64,000 bases of DNA. It comes from Alphaproteobacteria bacterium. GTDB taxonomy: Bacteria; Pseudomonadota; Alphaproteobacteria; Rs-D84. The DNA is taken from positions 14,149-78,148 of the forward strand of contig JAGBVH010000009.1 of NCBI GenBank assembly GCA_017630405.1, written 5' to 3'. Positions 49,503 to 60,560 of the stretch are shown here, in pieces (position 1 is the first letter of the stretch; each line of letters starts with the position of its first letter). The notes beneath the pieces were generated by a model. It made no database searches. It was given only the letters and a program-made list of their open reading frames with translations, and was not told the origin of the DNA. The position numbers and the translations under genes are program-made.

Positions 49503-51212
49503 TTAATCATTCCAATCAGATATAGGTGTACCAAGTGCTGCATAATTATTTGCGCGCATATCAGTTAACAGACTGTTTATCTTGTTATCCGAAACGCCAA
49601 GGTGACTCATCACACTGTACCCCAAAAAGAACGAAGATTCGATTGTTTCTGGCATCGCTGTTTCAATCTTTTCACGCATTAAAATCTGAGAATCCGCCAA
49701 GGTGCGTGCGCGTGCAAAAATCTTGATACGTGGCGCGATGGACTTGGCCATAACGATTGTCTGGCGCGCGGTCGATGCGTTATCCAGCGCAACAACCAGA
49801 CCACGAACAACACGCGGTTTAAGTCCAAACTTTTTCAACACTTCGCGGCTGGTACAATTACCATAGACAACATTAAAGCCCTGATCGCGCCCCATCATAA
49901 CCGAACTGATATCCAAATCAATTGCGATATATGGAATTTTTTCAGCATCTAGCATTTGGCATATAATCTGGCCAACACGACCAAAACCACATACGATAAC
50001 TTCTGGCTGGATGGATTTATCAGCATCATCAAGTGTGCGTGGAAAACGCTGGGTCAATAACTTGCCACGTCTTTGCAGGTAATCAAATCCACACAACAAT
50101 AACGGTGTTGTCATAATTGATAAAATAATTATTGCCGTTAATATTTCTGCGCCCGCTGATGGAATTGCTGTAATGCCACTGGTCTTTATGGTTTGCAACA
50201 TTAGCAGTGCAAACTCGCCACCTTGAGCCAAAATAAGTGCTGTCATTACAGATTCTGGGACAGAAACACCGCGAACACGCGCCACCATAAATATGGCCAG
50301 AAATTTCAGTGTGACCAAGGATACTACGCCCAACAATATTATATACCAAACATCACCCAACAATGGTAGATTTAACCCCATGCCCAAAGATATAAAGAAC
50401 AACGCCAAGAACATTGTCGCATACGGCGATATGCCCGCGGTTATTTGATGTCTGTAAATCGTTTCGGACATTAACATACCGGCCAAAAATGCCCCCAATC
50501 CTGCTGGCAACCCCAGCAAATCCATCAAAATAGCCCAAACAACTATGTTCAACATTACTGCCAGCAAAAACGCTTCGTTTGATTTTAATTTCGCAACCGC
50601 GCGCAACATTGGTGTCATTACAAAACGCCCAACCAATACAACCGACAAAATCAATGCTACAGATATTACCGCAACATCTATGGCCGCTGCGCCCATACTG
50701 AAGGTTTTGCCTGCAAATGCGGGCAACATTGCCAACAATGGAATTGACAGCAAATCTTGGAACAGTAAAATCGAAAAAGTCTGGCGGCCCATCGCTGTAT
50801 TTAACTGGTTACGTTCCGTCAACAACTGAATATCAACAGAGGTGCTGGACATCGCAAGCATAAGCGCAACCATCACACAGCCCAGAACTGTCCACTGGGT
50901 TAGGCCAAACAGCAACGGAAACATCATTACCGCGACCATCATAACCTGGGTTGCACCAAAACCGAACACCGTTCTTTTCATACGCCACAGACGGCGCATA
51001 TTGATTTCCAATCCGATGTTGAACCACAAAAACATAATACCTAAATCGCCAAGTACGGTCCATGTTTCGGTTAATTCGAACAAGTTAAATACATAAGGAC
51101 CAGTTAAAACACCCGCAAACAGGAATGCCACCAGCGCACCGATTTTTGCCATACGAAAAACCGATACTAATGTAAACATAATCGCAAAGAACAGTAATAG
51201 TGATAAAGACAT
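49503..51212 (-). CDS. CPA2 family cation:proton antiporter (KefB/KefC-like) with TrkA-N domain
   Basis: IGLE, LAMSST, LLFQDL, LAQGGEF, VCGFGRVGQ. Confidence 0.92.
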   Translation of the reverse strand: MSLSLLLFFAIMFTLVSVFRMAKIGALVAFLFAGVLTGPYVFNLFELTETWTVLGDLGIMFLWFNIGLEINMRRLWRMKRTVFGFGATQVMMVAVMMFPLLFGLTQWTVLGCVMVALMLAMSSTSVDIQLLTERNQLNTAMGRQTFSILLFQDLLSIPLLAMLPAFAGKTFSMGAAAIDVAVISVALILSVVLVGRFVMTPMLRAVAKLKSNEAFLLAVMLNIVVWAILMDLLGLPAGLGAFLAGMLMSETIYRHQITAGISPYATMFLALFFISLGMGLNLPLLGDVWYIILLGVVSLVTLKFLAIFMVARVRGVSVPESVMTALILAQGGEFALLMLQTIKTSGITAIPSAGAEILTAIIILSIMTTPLLLCGFDYLQRRGKLLTQRFPRTLDDADKSIQPEVIVCGFGRVGQIICQMLDAEKIPYIAIDLDISSVMMGRDQGFNVVYGNCTSREVLKKFGLKPRVVRGLVVALDNASTARQTIVMAKSIAPRIKIFARARTLADSQILMREKIETAMPETIESSFFLGYSVMSHLGVSDNKINSLLTDMRANNYAALGTPISDWND

Positions 51213-51240
51213 CTCTCGCTAAGCCCCCTGTTATAAATGA

Positions 51241-52065
51241 TTATAACAAACTTTTTGCCAGTTGCGCAAACATTTCTGGCGATAAATTTTCCGCTCGTTC
51301 TGTTCCAGTCAAACCAAATGCTGACCAATCGACATTTGGAATTATTCCGCGTATCATTTTGCGACGCTGGCCAAATAACCTTGCAGTTATTTGTTCAATA
51401 CGATTCAAATCAGATATGCATGCAATTTTTTCTGCGTTTGGAATAATTTGTACAACTGCACTTTGAACCTTGGGACGCGGCACAAATGCCGTATTTGGAA
51501 CTTCAAATAAAATATGTGCATCCGCAAGCAACGAACACAGCACCGCCAGACGACCATAATGCTCGTCCCCAACGCGCGCGGTAATTCTTTGTGCAACTTC
51601 CTTTTGAAACATTAATGTCAGCGACTTTATTTTTTCGCCCTGTGCTATTTTATGCAGCCAGCCAATTAACAATTCAGTCCCAACATTATAAGGCAAATTC
51701 GCACATATCGCATATTCATCTAAACCAAGTTCAGAAAAATTAACATGCAGCGCATCATCAAAAATTACTGATAAACGGCCAGATGCCGCATCAATCACAC
51801 GCGATAAAATCGGCGATGTGGTTTTATCTTTTTCAATCGCAATAACACGTGGCGCACCCGCCATCAATATAGCACGCGTCAGGCCAGCCGGCCCAGGTCC
51901 AACTTCGACCACGGGGGTTGTTGTGATATCTGGTACACTGCGCGCAATACGACCCGTCAGATTCAAATCGAACAAAAAGTTTTGACCAAATTGTTTCTTG
52001 GGTTCCAATCCACAATCGCGCATCATTTCTGATACTGGTGGCAAAGATTCAACTGTGTTGTTCAT
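51241..52065 (-). CDS. rsmA: 16S rRNA adenine dimethyltransferase RsmA/KsgA
   Basis: GQNFL, EVGPGPAGLT, ANLPYNV, MFQKEVA, QRRKM. Confidence 0.97.
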   Translation of the reverse strand: MNNTVESLPPVSEMMRDCGLEPKKQFGQNFLFDLNLTGRIARSVPDITTTPVVEVGPGPAGLTRAILMAGAPRVIAIEKDKTTSPILSRVIDAASGRLSVIFDDALHVNFSELGLDEYAICANLPYNVGTELLIGWLHKIAQGEKIKSLTLMFQKEVAQRITARVGDEHYGRLAVLCSLLADAHILFEVPNTAFVPRPKVQSAVVQIIPNAEKIACISDLNRIEQITARLFGQRRKMIRGIIPNVDWSAFGLTGTERAENLSPEMFAQLAKSLL

Positions 52066-52658
52066 AGTGACTTGCGCCCCCCAAACGCCAAAGTTAAAGT
52101 GCCATCATCCAAATAATCCAAATCACCACCCAATGGCACGCCAGATGCAAGCTCTGAAAATTCGACACCGGCATTATCGCCAAGCGATGACATAATGTAG
52201 TGTTGGGTTGTTTTCCCTTCGACCGTATTAGGCAAGGCAAAAATTATTTCTGATATTTTTTCATCCGCAATTCTTTGCGATAAGTTTGCAATATTTAAAT
52301 CCTGGGGTAATGTTCCAGTCGCACCAGACAACAATCCACCAATAATATGATAACGCCCCTGAAATACCGCAGATTTTTCCAATGTCCAAACATCTGATAA
52401 ATCACGAACTACACACAACTGACCGTTGGCACGCGCATTATCACGACAAAATTCGCATAATGTGCCCTTGTCCGTCAACACACCACAGCGAGCACAAGGC
52501 GCAATATTTTCAGACGCATCCAACAAAGCCGCCGCCAACGCAGCACTGCGCCCCGTTTTATCCTGAAGCAACGCAAGCGCGATACGCTGACCACCACGCG
52601 AACCAACGCGCGGCAATTTCGCAAACAGTTTGATTAACTTTTCTATTTTCGGATTCAT
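52062..52658 (-). CDS. recR: Recombination protein RecR
   Basis: HhH, C4 zinc finger, Toprim, GVPLGGDLDYLD. Confidence 0.96.
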   Translation of the reverse strand: MNPKIEKLIKLFAKLPRVGSRGGQRIALALLQDKTGRSAALAAALLDASENIAPCARCGVLTDKGTLCEFCRDNARANGQLCVVRDLSDVWTLEKSAVFQGRYHIIGGLLSGATGTLPQDLNIANLSQRIADEKISEIIFALPNTVEGKTTQHYIMSSLGDNAGVEFSELASGVPLGGDLDYLDDGTLTLAFGGRKSL

Positions 52659-52673
52659 AATGTTTACACAATA

Positions 52674-53834
52674 CTAATGAAAAACATAACTGTCAATACC
52701 GTTCGCACCAGCAGAAGACTTTAATTTCTGGGCCGCGGATTCAGACAAACCATATACGCGTACACGATACATTCCAGAACCGTTTGGTTCAACCACCGCA
52801 TTTACACCCAATTTATTTTTCACATTATTTACCTGAGTATTTGCAGCAGCAGCGGATGAAAACGCGCCAAACTGAACACCAACCCCACCCTGAGACGATA
52901 CAGGTGCTGGTGCGGTATATTTAGGCGCAGCCGCACTGGTAGCACTATTATACGCACCCGCCAAAGTTGTTTGCTCTGTCCGCTGTACTGGCGCACGTTC
53001 CACAGGCGCGGTGTATGTTGTTTTAGCAATAGGCGCATCGCCATTATTTAACATCGCAAAACCGCGGGTCAGCATCTGTGCTGCAACATTTGCACGCACA
53101 TCTTTGTTTTCCGCCCCCAAAACAACCGACATTAAATGACGACCGTCCCTGTGCGCGGTCGCAACCAATGAATATTTAGACTTCTTGGTGTATCCGGTTT
53201 TCATACCATCGCAACCATTAAACGATGTCAGCAAGCGATTACCGTTGGTGTATGTTTTTCCGTTATATGTCCAAGACTTAATCCCAAAGTAATGCCAATA
53301 TTGTGGATAGTGTTTATAAACCGCCATTGATAGCAATGCAATATCACGTGCGGTTGACATATGGTCATCGTTTGGCAGTCCAGATGAATTTTCAAAATTA
53401 GTATTTGTTAAACCAATTTCACGTGCAACACGCGTCATTAAATCCGCAAAAGATTCTTCCTGACCGCCCTTTAAGTTTTCAGCCAGCACACGCGCAACAT
53501 CGTTCGCACTGTGTACCGCCAAAGCCTTAATCGCATCTTCTACGCGAATTTTAGAACCCGCTGCCAACCCTAGTTTTACAGGTTCTGCATTTGCGGCAGC
53601 CTGTGATACAATCAGATAATCATCCAGCGACAGACGTCCATGTTCCAACGCATCAAAAGTTAAATACAATGTCATTATTTTTGTAAGACTTGCTGGATAA
53701 TTTGCAGCGTTCGCGTTTTCCTGATACAACACGCGCCCCGTATCCATATCCGCAACCAATGCCGCACGATACTGCGCCGCATACGCAGGCACACAAAGCA
53801 AAGCCAATGTTAAAAAGGCAAACATTCTTCTCAT
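52674..53834 (-). CDS. D-alanyl-D-alanine carboxypeptidase (S11) with SPOR domain
   Basis: PASLTK, SAND, GMKTGY; VQFGAFS...YRVRV. Confidence 0.93.
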   Translation of the reverse strand: MRRMFAFLTLALLCVPAYAAQYRAALVADMDTGRVLYQENANAANYPASLTKIMTLYLTFDALEHGRLSLDDYLIVSQAAANAEPVKLGLAAGSKIRVEDAIKALAVHSANDVARVLAENLKGGQEESFADLMTRVAREIGLTNTNFENSSGLPNDDHMSTARDIALLSMAVYKHYPQYWHYFGIKSWTYNGKTYTNGNRLLTSFNGCDGMKTGYTKKSKYSLVATAHRDGRHLMSVVLGAENKDVRANVAAQMLTRGFAMLNNGDAPIAKTTYTAPVERAPVQRTEQTTLAGAYNSATSAAAPKYTAPAPVSSQGGVGVQFGAFSSAAAANTQVNNVKNKLGVNAVVEPNGSGMYRVRVYGLSESAAQKLKSSAGANGIDSYVFH

Positions 53835-53901
53835 ACATCAGATGTTAGTAAAAAACACACAGGTGGGTCAATCATTAAAAAACGCCCAGGCGGGCGTTTT
53901 T

Positions 53902-55272
53902 TTAATCAAGTGTTCGCAGACTGATTTTTTCTTCATCAACGATAACCAGTTTTCCCATATTGATATTAAATCTGCGTGCAGCATTAAATGCATCGCGCAT
54001 ACCAAATAGTTCTGTATCATAAATCGGAAACACACCACGCGCCAAACATAACTGATTCGCAATTGCTGGTTCATTACATACAGCAATAACTGGAATATCA
54101 GGTTTGCGGCATGAAATCTGAGTCGTGGCAATTGTGTCACGCGCAAATACAACAATCGCAGATGCACGATTCAAATACGCCATTGACGCAACAGAACGCG
54201 ACCAATCATTTTCTGGTATATTTTCAACACGCGACCAGTCAAATGGGTTCGCAATCGCATCACAGTCCGCATGACGCAAAATGTTTGCCATTGTTTCAAT
54301 TGCTTTGACTGGATTGATACCGATTGTTGTTTCTTCGGATGTCATTGTTGAATCCGCACGCAAATACGACGCGGTCGCAACATCAGTGATTTCTGCACGG
54401 GTTGGGAATTCGCTGTTTACCATAGAACCCAACATTTGTGTTGCAACGATAACAGGCTTGTTCATTTTGCGGCATTCACGAATGATATAACGAGAAATCG
54501 CAGGCACTTCGGCATACGGCACTTCTACCGCCAGATCGCCGCGCGCAATCATAATTCCATCCGCCGCCGCTGCAATATCTGTGATGCGCTCAACCGCGTT
54601 TGGACGCTCTATCTTGGCGATAATTTTAATTGGGTGTGCAGTGCGCGCGGTTATAAAGTCACGAACCTCGGCAATATCTTCTGGTTTTTGTACAAAGGAT
54701 ATAGCAACCCAATCCGGTTTCTTGGTGATTGCGTATTCTAAATCAGCTCTGTCTTTTTTGGTCAGAACAGATGTGTCGATTTCTGTATCAGGCAAATTAA
54801 ATCCACGACGAGACCAAATTTCATCACCACGCATGACAGTTGTTTCAACACTGTTTGGCGATACGCTTTCGACACGCATTTCAATCTTGCCATCGTTTAA
54901 CAAGATACGATCACCAACTTTTAATGATGCCAACACATCCGAATCAGGCAACTGAACACGCGTGGAATCACCTGGTAATGGATTGGCATCAAATGTAAAT
55001 TTTTGACCGATTAAAAGTGGATACTTTTCTTCGGTCGCAAAGTTACCAATACGATGTTTAGGCCCCTGCAGGTCAATCATTACCGCGACCGGCGTATTTA
55101 ACTCGGCCGAGATTTCACGAATCATATCTATTTTTTGTCCTTGGGTGTCGCCCGTATCATGACTAAAATTCAAACGACAAACATTAACGCCGGCGCGTAT
55201 CATACGGGTAAGAGTTTCTCTATCTTCGCTTTTTGGACCTATTGATGCTGTAATTTTTGTATATTTGTTCAT
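53902..55272 (-). CDS. pyk: Pyruvate kinase
   Basis: RLNFSH, DLQGPK, IAKIE, MIARGDL, ATQML, PTRAE. Confidence 0.96.
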   Translation of the reverse strand: MNKYTKITASIGPKSEDRETLTRMIRAGVNVCRLNFSHDTGDTQGQKIDMIREISAELNTPVAVMIDLQGPKHRIGNFATEEKYPLLIGQKFTFDANPLPGDSTRVQLPDSDVLASLKVGDRILLNDGKIEMRVESVSPNSVETTVMRGDEIWSRRGFNLPDTEIDTSVLTKKDRADLEYAITKKPDWVAISFVQKPEDIAEVRDFITARTAHPIKIIAKIERPNAVERITDIAAAADGIMIARGDLAVEVPYAEVPAISRYIIRECRKMNKPVIVATQMLGSMVNSEFPTRAEITDVATASYLRADSTMTSEETTIGINPVKAIETMANILRHADCDAIANPFDWSRVENIPENDWSRSVASMAYLNRASAIVVFARDTIATTQISCRKPDIPVIAVCNEPAIANQLCLARGVFPIYDTELFGMRDAFNAARRFNINMGKLVIVDEEKISLRTLD

Positions 55273-55351
55273 AAGTTCCCTTCCTGTTTTTCTTGCATTT
55301 TTCGTTTTATGATATATCATATTCCTGACAATTAAACAAGGGGAAAACAGA

Positions 55352-55600
55352 ATGAAACAAGCAAATCATGGCGCAATCGACAACCAGCAACTGGTCAGCA
55401 TTATTGAACGCATCGAAAAATTAAACGAAGATACAGCCGCAATTGCCGCTGATATCAAAGAAATTTATAGTGAGGCAAAATCTGCAGGATTTGATCCAAA
55501 ATATATTCGCCAGATGATACGTCTGCGCAAGTTGGACCCAGACGAATTGGACGAAGCCGATGAATTAACCCAAATGTATCGCAACGCACTGGGCATATAA
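55352..55600 (+). CDS. gapR: Nucleoid-associated protein GapR (DUF2312)
   Basis: LxSIIERIEKL..DIKEIYSEAKSAGFD..Y..ALG. Confidence 0.9.
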   Translation: MKQANHGAIDNQQLVSIIERIEKLNEDTAAIAADIKEIYSEAKSAGFDPKYIRQMIRLRKLDPDELDEADELTQMYRNALGI

Positions 55601-55914
55601 TGAAGGCATTTACAAAAACTGTTGAAGATTTTAACTGCGCCCACTGTGGCGCAGTTGTACATGGTAATGGATACACCAACCATTGCCCAGAATGTCTGTG
55701 GTCGCGACATGTTGATAATAATCCAGGCGACCGCGCTGCAACCTGTGGCGGCATGATGCGACCAATTGCCGCCGAACCAGATGGCGACAAATTTATCATA
55801 ACACATAAATGTGAAATTTGCGGTAAAACAAAGCGTCAAAAAACATCTGACAATGATAACATTGACGCAATTATTGAAATCAGCCGCGATAATTCTTTTA
55901 TTTTTGGAAAATAA
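55600..55914 (+). CDS. RNHCP domain zinc-binding protein
   Basis: FxCAHCG, TNHCPECLWSRHVD..PGDR..CGGMM; TAATG overlap with gapR. Confidence 0.88.
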   Translation: MKAFTKTVEDFNCAHCGAVVHGNGYTNHCPECLWSRHVDNNPGDRAATCGGMMRPIAAEPDGDKFIITHKCEICGKTKRQKTSDNDNIDAIIEISRDNSFIFGK

Positions 55915-55915
55915 A

Positions 55916-56179
55916 TTATTTTTTTGATTTTCGTTTACGCGGATTATCCTTGCCTAGAATATGCATTTGTAGTTCCAGTATCATATTTTCTTTGTCTTGG
56001 ACGCGTTTTAACAGTTCTTCATTTTCAAGTTTGATTTTATTTAATTCTTGTTTACTTAAAACGACCTGATTTGCCATTTTGCGCCGACTTTTGCGGTTAA
56101 GATAAAATCCAAACAGCACACCGCATATCGCGCCAGCAGATGCGCTTAACAAATCAAAAAGTGTTTCTATGATAGCCAT
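55916..56179 (-). CDS. Small membrane-anchored coiled-coil protein
   Basis: One TM helix followed by heptads and a basic tail. Confidence 0.65.
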   Translation of the reverse strand: MAIIETLFDLLSASAGAICGVLFGFYLNRKSRRKMANQVVLSKQELNKIKLENEELLKRVQDKENMILELQMHILGKDNPRKRKSKK

Positions 56180-56213
56180 AGAAACACTTTAACATTTCGA
56201 TATATATTTATCA

Positions 56214-56816
56214 CTAGGCTTGTTTTCGCATACCTGTGCGCTTATCAATCCAGACCTGTTCATCGGCGATTTCCATCATCGGCAAATCGGATTTGCTGTC
56301 AGAATACGCACGAACAACATGCGGTATCATTTTGTTAGCCTTGGCCCATTCGTCCATTTTGTAAACCTTGTTTCGGCCCCAGCACAAGAACTCATAACGC
56401 CAGGGTTTCTTCTTGTCCATAACAGAACAAAATACCGCATCAAATTTCATATCACGAACCAGATATGGCAATAAATAATCCGCACTGGCCGATACCATTA
56501 TAACCTTGCGCCCAGCATCGCGTTCAGATTGAACGCGTTCCTTGGCCCAGCCAAAGCGTTCACGCTTGTGCTGTTTAATAAACGCAGGCGCAAATTTTTT
56601 CACCATTTGCGGTGTCATAAAACGACGAATGTTTTCGCGCCACCAAATGCCATCTGGCTTAAACCAGCGAACAATCCCGCACACCGCCATCAAAGGCAAA
56701 AACAACCATGGACGGAACGAATGGCGAAAACAATATTTCGCAAATTCTACATTAGAATCACGTGCAGACAAAGTGCCGTCAAAATCAAACAAAACAACAT
56801 CTGTTTTTAATAACAT
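56214..56816 (-). CDS. HAD-IB family hydrolase
   Basis: FDFDGTL, VSAS, C.GRNK, YSDSKSDLPM. Confidence 0.92.
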   Translation of the reverse strand: MLLKTDVVLFDFDGTLSARDSNVEFAKYCFRHSFRPWLFLPLMAVCGIVRWFKPDGIWWRENIRRFMTPQMVKKFAPAFIKQHKRERFGWAKERVQSERDAGRKVIMVSASADYLLPYLVRDMKFDAVFCSVMDKKKPWRYEFLCWGRNKVYKMDEWAKANKMIPHVVRAYSDSKSDLPMMEIADEQVWIDKRTGMRKQA

Positions 56817-56914
56817 AGATTTTAATCCTTTTTATAATTCGCGGGAATTATAAACAAGTTTTTTTATATTCGCAAATTATATCTGAATAAAAACCCGCCA
56901 AATGGCGGGTGATT

Positions 56915-59900
56915 TTATTTTTTGCGACTTAACTTTTCACGCGCGCGTTCCACCAACAGGAACAAGGCAGGTGTTAAAGTAAAGGTAAATATCAAACTGG
57001 CCAACATACCACCAATCAATACTGCACCCATCGCAACCTTCATACCGTCCACCGACCATAACTGTGGCACCATACCGGCAATAACTGCAATAGACGTCAT
57101 CAGCACCATATTCTTTTTATCGGTCAATTCGGTCCACAATGCTTCACTTGGTTTTTCTCCACCGCGAATTCGATTGATTGTTGGTTCCAATACCAAAATG
57201 TTATTGTTAACCACCAAACCAACCAACATAACAAACGCCAACATAGCACCAATATTCATTGTCGCGCCTGACAAGAACATTAACGCGAACACGCCTGTAA
57301 AACTGGTCAGAATCGATGTCGCAATCGTAAATGGATGTGCCAAGGAATTCATAATCGCAGCCAGCAACATATATGTCAGAATAGTTGCCAACAAGAACGC
57401 ACGACCAATTTCTGTTCCGGCTTCGGCCTGATATTCAGACGAACCACCGAACTTGGTGTAATATCCAGATTCCCATTCCATTTTATCCAATTCCGTCTGG
57501 ATTTTCGCCTGAACAACACCAACAGTTGACTTACCAATGTTAATGTTAACTTCGGTCAAGCGGCTTTTGTTTTCACGACGAATATCTGGTGTCGCTGGGG
57601 TCTGTTTAATTTCACCCAACGATGACAATGGCACCATACCCTTTTGTGAATTTACATAGACCACATCAAACAAAGATGCATTCTTAAATGGACGCGCAAA
57701 TTCCAAAACGATTGGATATTCTTCGCCTGCTTCTTTGTATTTATAATCATCATTACCATACAAAGCTGTACGCAAAGTTGTTCCCGCGTATGCATTTTGC
57801 ACACCCCAGAAATTCATCTTTTCCTGATTTGGAACAAATTGTGTTTCCAAGGCTGGAACCTGCTGCGCACGAACAGCAGATTGAACTTCTGGTATTTGAT
57901 TTGCAACCTCGATTACACGCGCGGCATACGCTTCGCGTTTTGCATCGTCTGGACCAAAAACATTAAGTACCAAATCCGATGAAACGCCAGACGACAATGC
58001 TTCGCCAGCGCGGATTGTAATTTCTGCATCCGTTATATCCGCCAAGGTTGGCAATATTTTTTGAGCCAACAATTTGTCTGATATATTACGATCCGCAACA
58101 TCAACCAATTCAACTGTGACAGTTGTATTTTGCAGACCACGTTCACCAATCTTGACAGTTGTTGATTTTACTTCCTTGAACTGGACCAAGCGCTGCTCGA
58201 TCTGTTTAGCAATCGCTTCGGACTTTTCATAGGTCGCACCCATAGGCGCACGCGCCGTAATTGTGATTTCATTTGCATCGGTTGATGGTTGAAATTCATT
58301 ACCAACAAACTTCATCAAATATGTAGATGCAAGGAATATTGCAAACACCATACCAATAACGCGCCAAGGATGTACAATCTGGAAATCAAACCAGCGGCGC
58401 AACCATGATGTTGTTGTGGTCGCTTCTTTAACCTTGACCGGTTTTGATTTTACCTTTCTAGACGCCGCAGTCAGGCGCAAAATCTTGGCAATCATCATAG
58501 GTGTCAAAGTGAACGAGAATAACAGTGACAACAATGTCAGATACACAACCGTCAAACCGAACTGAATCATAAACTGACCAACGATACCGTTCATAAACGC
58601 CAATGGCAAGAACACCACGACATTAGTTCCAACACCAGCCAATACAGATACCGCAACCTTTTTCGTGCCGTCAATCGCAGCATCGTCTGGATTTTTACCA
58701 GCATGCATTTCCTGTAATGCGGACTCAATCAAAATAATAGCATTAGAAACCAATGTACCAAGTGCAGACGAATACGCCAACAATGTCATCGCATTGATTG
58801 TAAATCCTGAACCGTCCATAAAGAAGAATCCAGCAATCAATGAAGCAGGAATTACAACACCCGCAATAATTGTTGAGCGCCAGTTGCGTGTAAATGCCAA
58901 CAAAACTAAAACTGTCAGTAAAACACCCAAAACAATACCGTTGATTGTGCTGTCTGTTTCATCAGAAATACTGACAGACGAGTCTGCCACAATCATCATT
59001 TCTGCGCTTGGAAAACGCGACTGCAGGTCCGCCTGAAGTTCTGGCATACGGCCACGAATCGTTTCTGAAATCTTAATCGCGTTACCATCCGAAGATTTAA
59101 CCACAGATGCGATTACAACATCTTCACCATTATAGCGCGCACCATTTTCAATATCCAATGCCGCGTCCGATACCGTTGCCACATCAGACAGTTTGAAATT
59201 CTGACCTTCGACAGTAGTCATACGCAAATTCGCAATTTCATCAACCGATGCAAATTCACCAACAAAGCGTACATTAGAAGAATTCTGACTGGTTTCAATT
59301 TTTCCACCAGGAACATTTAAGTTATGAGAACCAAGTGCAGAAACAATATCCATAATTGTCACACCACGCGCAGCCATTTGATCTGGATTTAACTGAACAC
59401 GTATAGCGCGTTGACGACCACCAAACACAGATACACTTGCCACGCCGTTAATCGCAGTAATTTTATTGGATAAAATATTATCCACATATTCTTCCATTTC
59501 GCGAGAATCGCCACCACGCAAAACGATATCCAATACAGATTCCTGAAGCGGATTCAATTTTTCTACAACTGGTTGTTCCATATCTGTTGGAAATTCTGAC
59601 ATCAGGGCATCAAGTTTTGTCTTAACTTCGGTTGACTTGTCATTAACATTTACACCCAAATTAAATTCCGCCATAACCATACCGCTGTTTTCGTAAACAT
59701 ATGATTTGATGGATTTTAATTCAGCAACTTCTGACATGGCATCTTCGGCCTTTTTAATAACCTGAGATTCAAGTTCCGCAGGTGCGGCACCTGGGTATAT
59801 AAATGTCGCTGTCACCATTGGAAAGTCAACAGATGGGGTGCGTTCTACATTCATATTTGGGAATGAATAGAACCCCAAAACCACCCAGAACAAAACAAAC

Positions 59901-59941
59901 ATAATTGTCGTAATTGGACGACGAACAAAAAACTTTAACAT
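56915..59941 (-). CDS. RND family efflux permease (AcrB-like)
   Basis: 1008 aa, 12-TM/two-periplasmic-loop layout, YPGAAP..E..V. Confidence 0.93.
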   Translation of the reverse strand: MLKFFVRRPITTIMFVLFWVVLGFYSFPNMNVERTPSVDFPMVTATFIYPGAAPAELESQVIKKAEDAMSEVAELKSIKSYVYENSGMVMAEFNLGVNVNDKSTEVKTKLDALMSEFPTDMEQPVVEKLNPLQESVLDIVLRGGDSREMEEYVDNILSNKITAINGVASVSVFGGRQRAIRVQLNPDQMAARGVTIMDIVSALGSHNLNVPGGKIETSQNSSNVRFVGEFASVDEIANLRMTTVEGQNFKLSDVATVSDAALDIENGARYNGEDVVIASVVKSSDGNAIKISETIRGRMPELQADLQSRFPSAEMMIVADSSVSISDETDSTINGIVLGVLLTVLVLLAFTRNWRSTIIAGVVIPASLIAGFFFMDGSGFTINAMTLLAYSSALGTLVSNAIILIESALQEMHAGKNPDDAAIDGTKKVAVSVLAGVGTNVVVFLPLAFMNGIVGQFMIQFGLTVVYLTLLSLLFSFTLTPMMIAKILRLTAASRKVKSKPVKVKEATTTTSWLRRWFDFQIVHPWRVIGMVFAIFLASTYLMKFVGNEFQPSTDANEITITARAPMGATYEKSEAIAKQIEQRLVQFKEVKSTTVKIGERGLQNTTVTVELVDVADRNISDKLLAQKILPTLADITDAEITIRAGEALSSGVSSDLVLNVFGPDDAKREAYAARVIEVANQIPEVQSAVRAQQVPALETQFVPNQEKMNFWGVQNAYAGTTLRTALYGNDDYKYKEAGEEYPIVLEFARPFKNASLFDVVYVNSQKGMVPLSSLGEIKQTPATPDIRRENKSRLTEVNINIGKSTVGVVQAKIQTELDKMEWESGYYTKFGGSSEYQAEAGTEIGRAFLLATILTYMLLAAIMNSLAHPFTIATSILTSFTGVFALMFLSGATMNIGAMLAFVMLVGLVVNNNILVLEPTINRIRGGEKPSEALWTELTDKKNMVLMTSIAVIAGMVPQLWSVDGMKVAMGAVLIGGMLASLIFTFTLTPALFLLVERAREKLSRKK

Positions 59942-59958
59942 CCCCTTGCCCCTTTGTG

Positions 59959-60558
59959 TTATTTTTTGATTTGAACTTTGGTACCGGAATCAACCTTGGA
60001 TAATATCACGATATCGCCATCATTTAATCCAGAAGTAATATACGCATTATTAGAATCCTGACGCGATACTGTGACCGAACGCGCTTCCGCCACACCGTCA
60101 CGAACAACCATAACAGTATCATTATTCACCGCATACACAGGCACAAAGTGACCGCGCGCAGTAAATTCTGCAAAGTGCAAACCATCAGACACGCCACGCG
60201 TACGAACAACAAACATACCTGTATCTAAATCTAAATCGGACGACACAGAAGCTATTTTGCCTTCGCCTACTTTCTGGCCGGCTTTGAATTTATTAACATT
60301 TGCGCCCGCAACATATGCGCGATTGTTGCGAACCGCGATTGGTTCATACAATACGCCATCTGTTTGCGATATTTCAACAACCTGAACAGGGGCACCAACA
60401 TCGGCCGCAACACGCGATGCATTAAATACATAACGCGCATTTTCAGAAGCAACCGCCGCAAAGCGGAATATTACCCAGCCAATCACAATGATGACTGCCG
60501 CACAAAACATAATGTGCTTGAACTTTTTTGTGTTAATTGTTTTCTGTATTTTTTCCAT
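59959..60558 (-). CDS. Shortened RND periplasmic adaptor-like protein
   Basis: TM anchor, DLDTGMF, VPVYAV, ITSGLNDGDIVI; lies between the TolC and RND genes. Confidence 0.7.
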   Translation of the reverse strand: MEKIQKTINTKKFKHIMFCAAVIIVIGWVIFRFAAVASENARYVFNASRVAADVGAPVQVVEISQTDGVLYEPIAVRNNRAYVAGANVNKFKAGQKVGEGKIASVSSDLDLDTGMFVVRTRGVSDGLHFAEFTARGHFVPVYAVNNDTVMVVRDGVAEARSVTVSRQDSNNAYITSGLNDGDIVILSKVDSGTKVQIKK

Positions 60559-60560
60559 TT

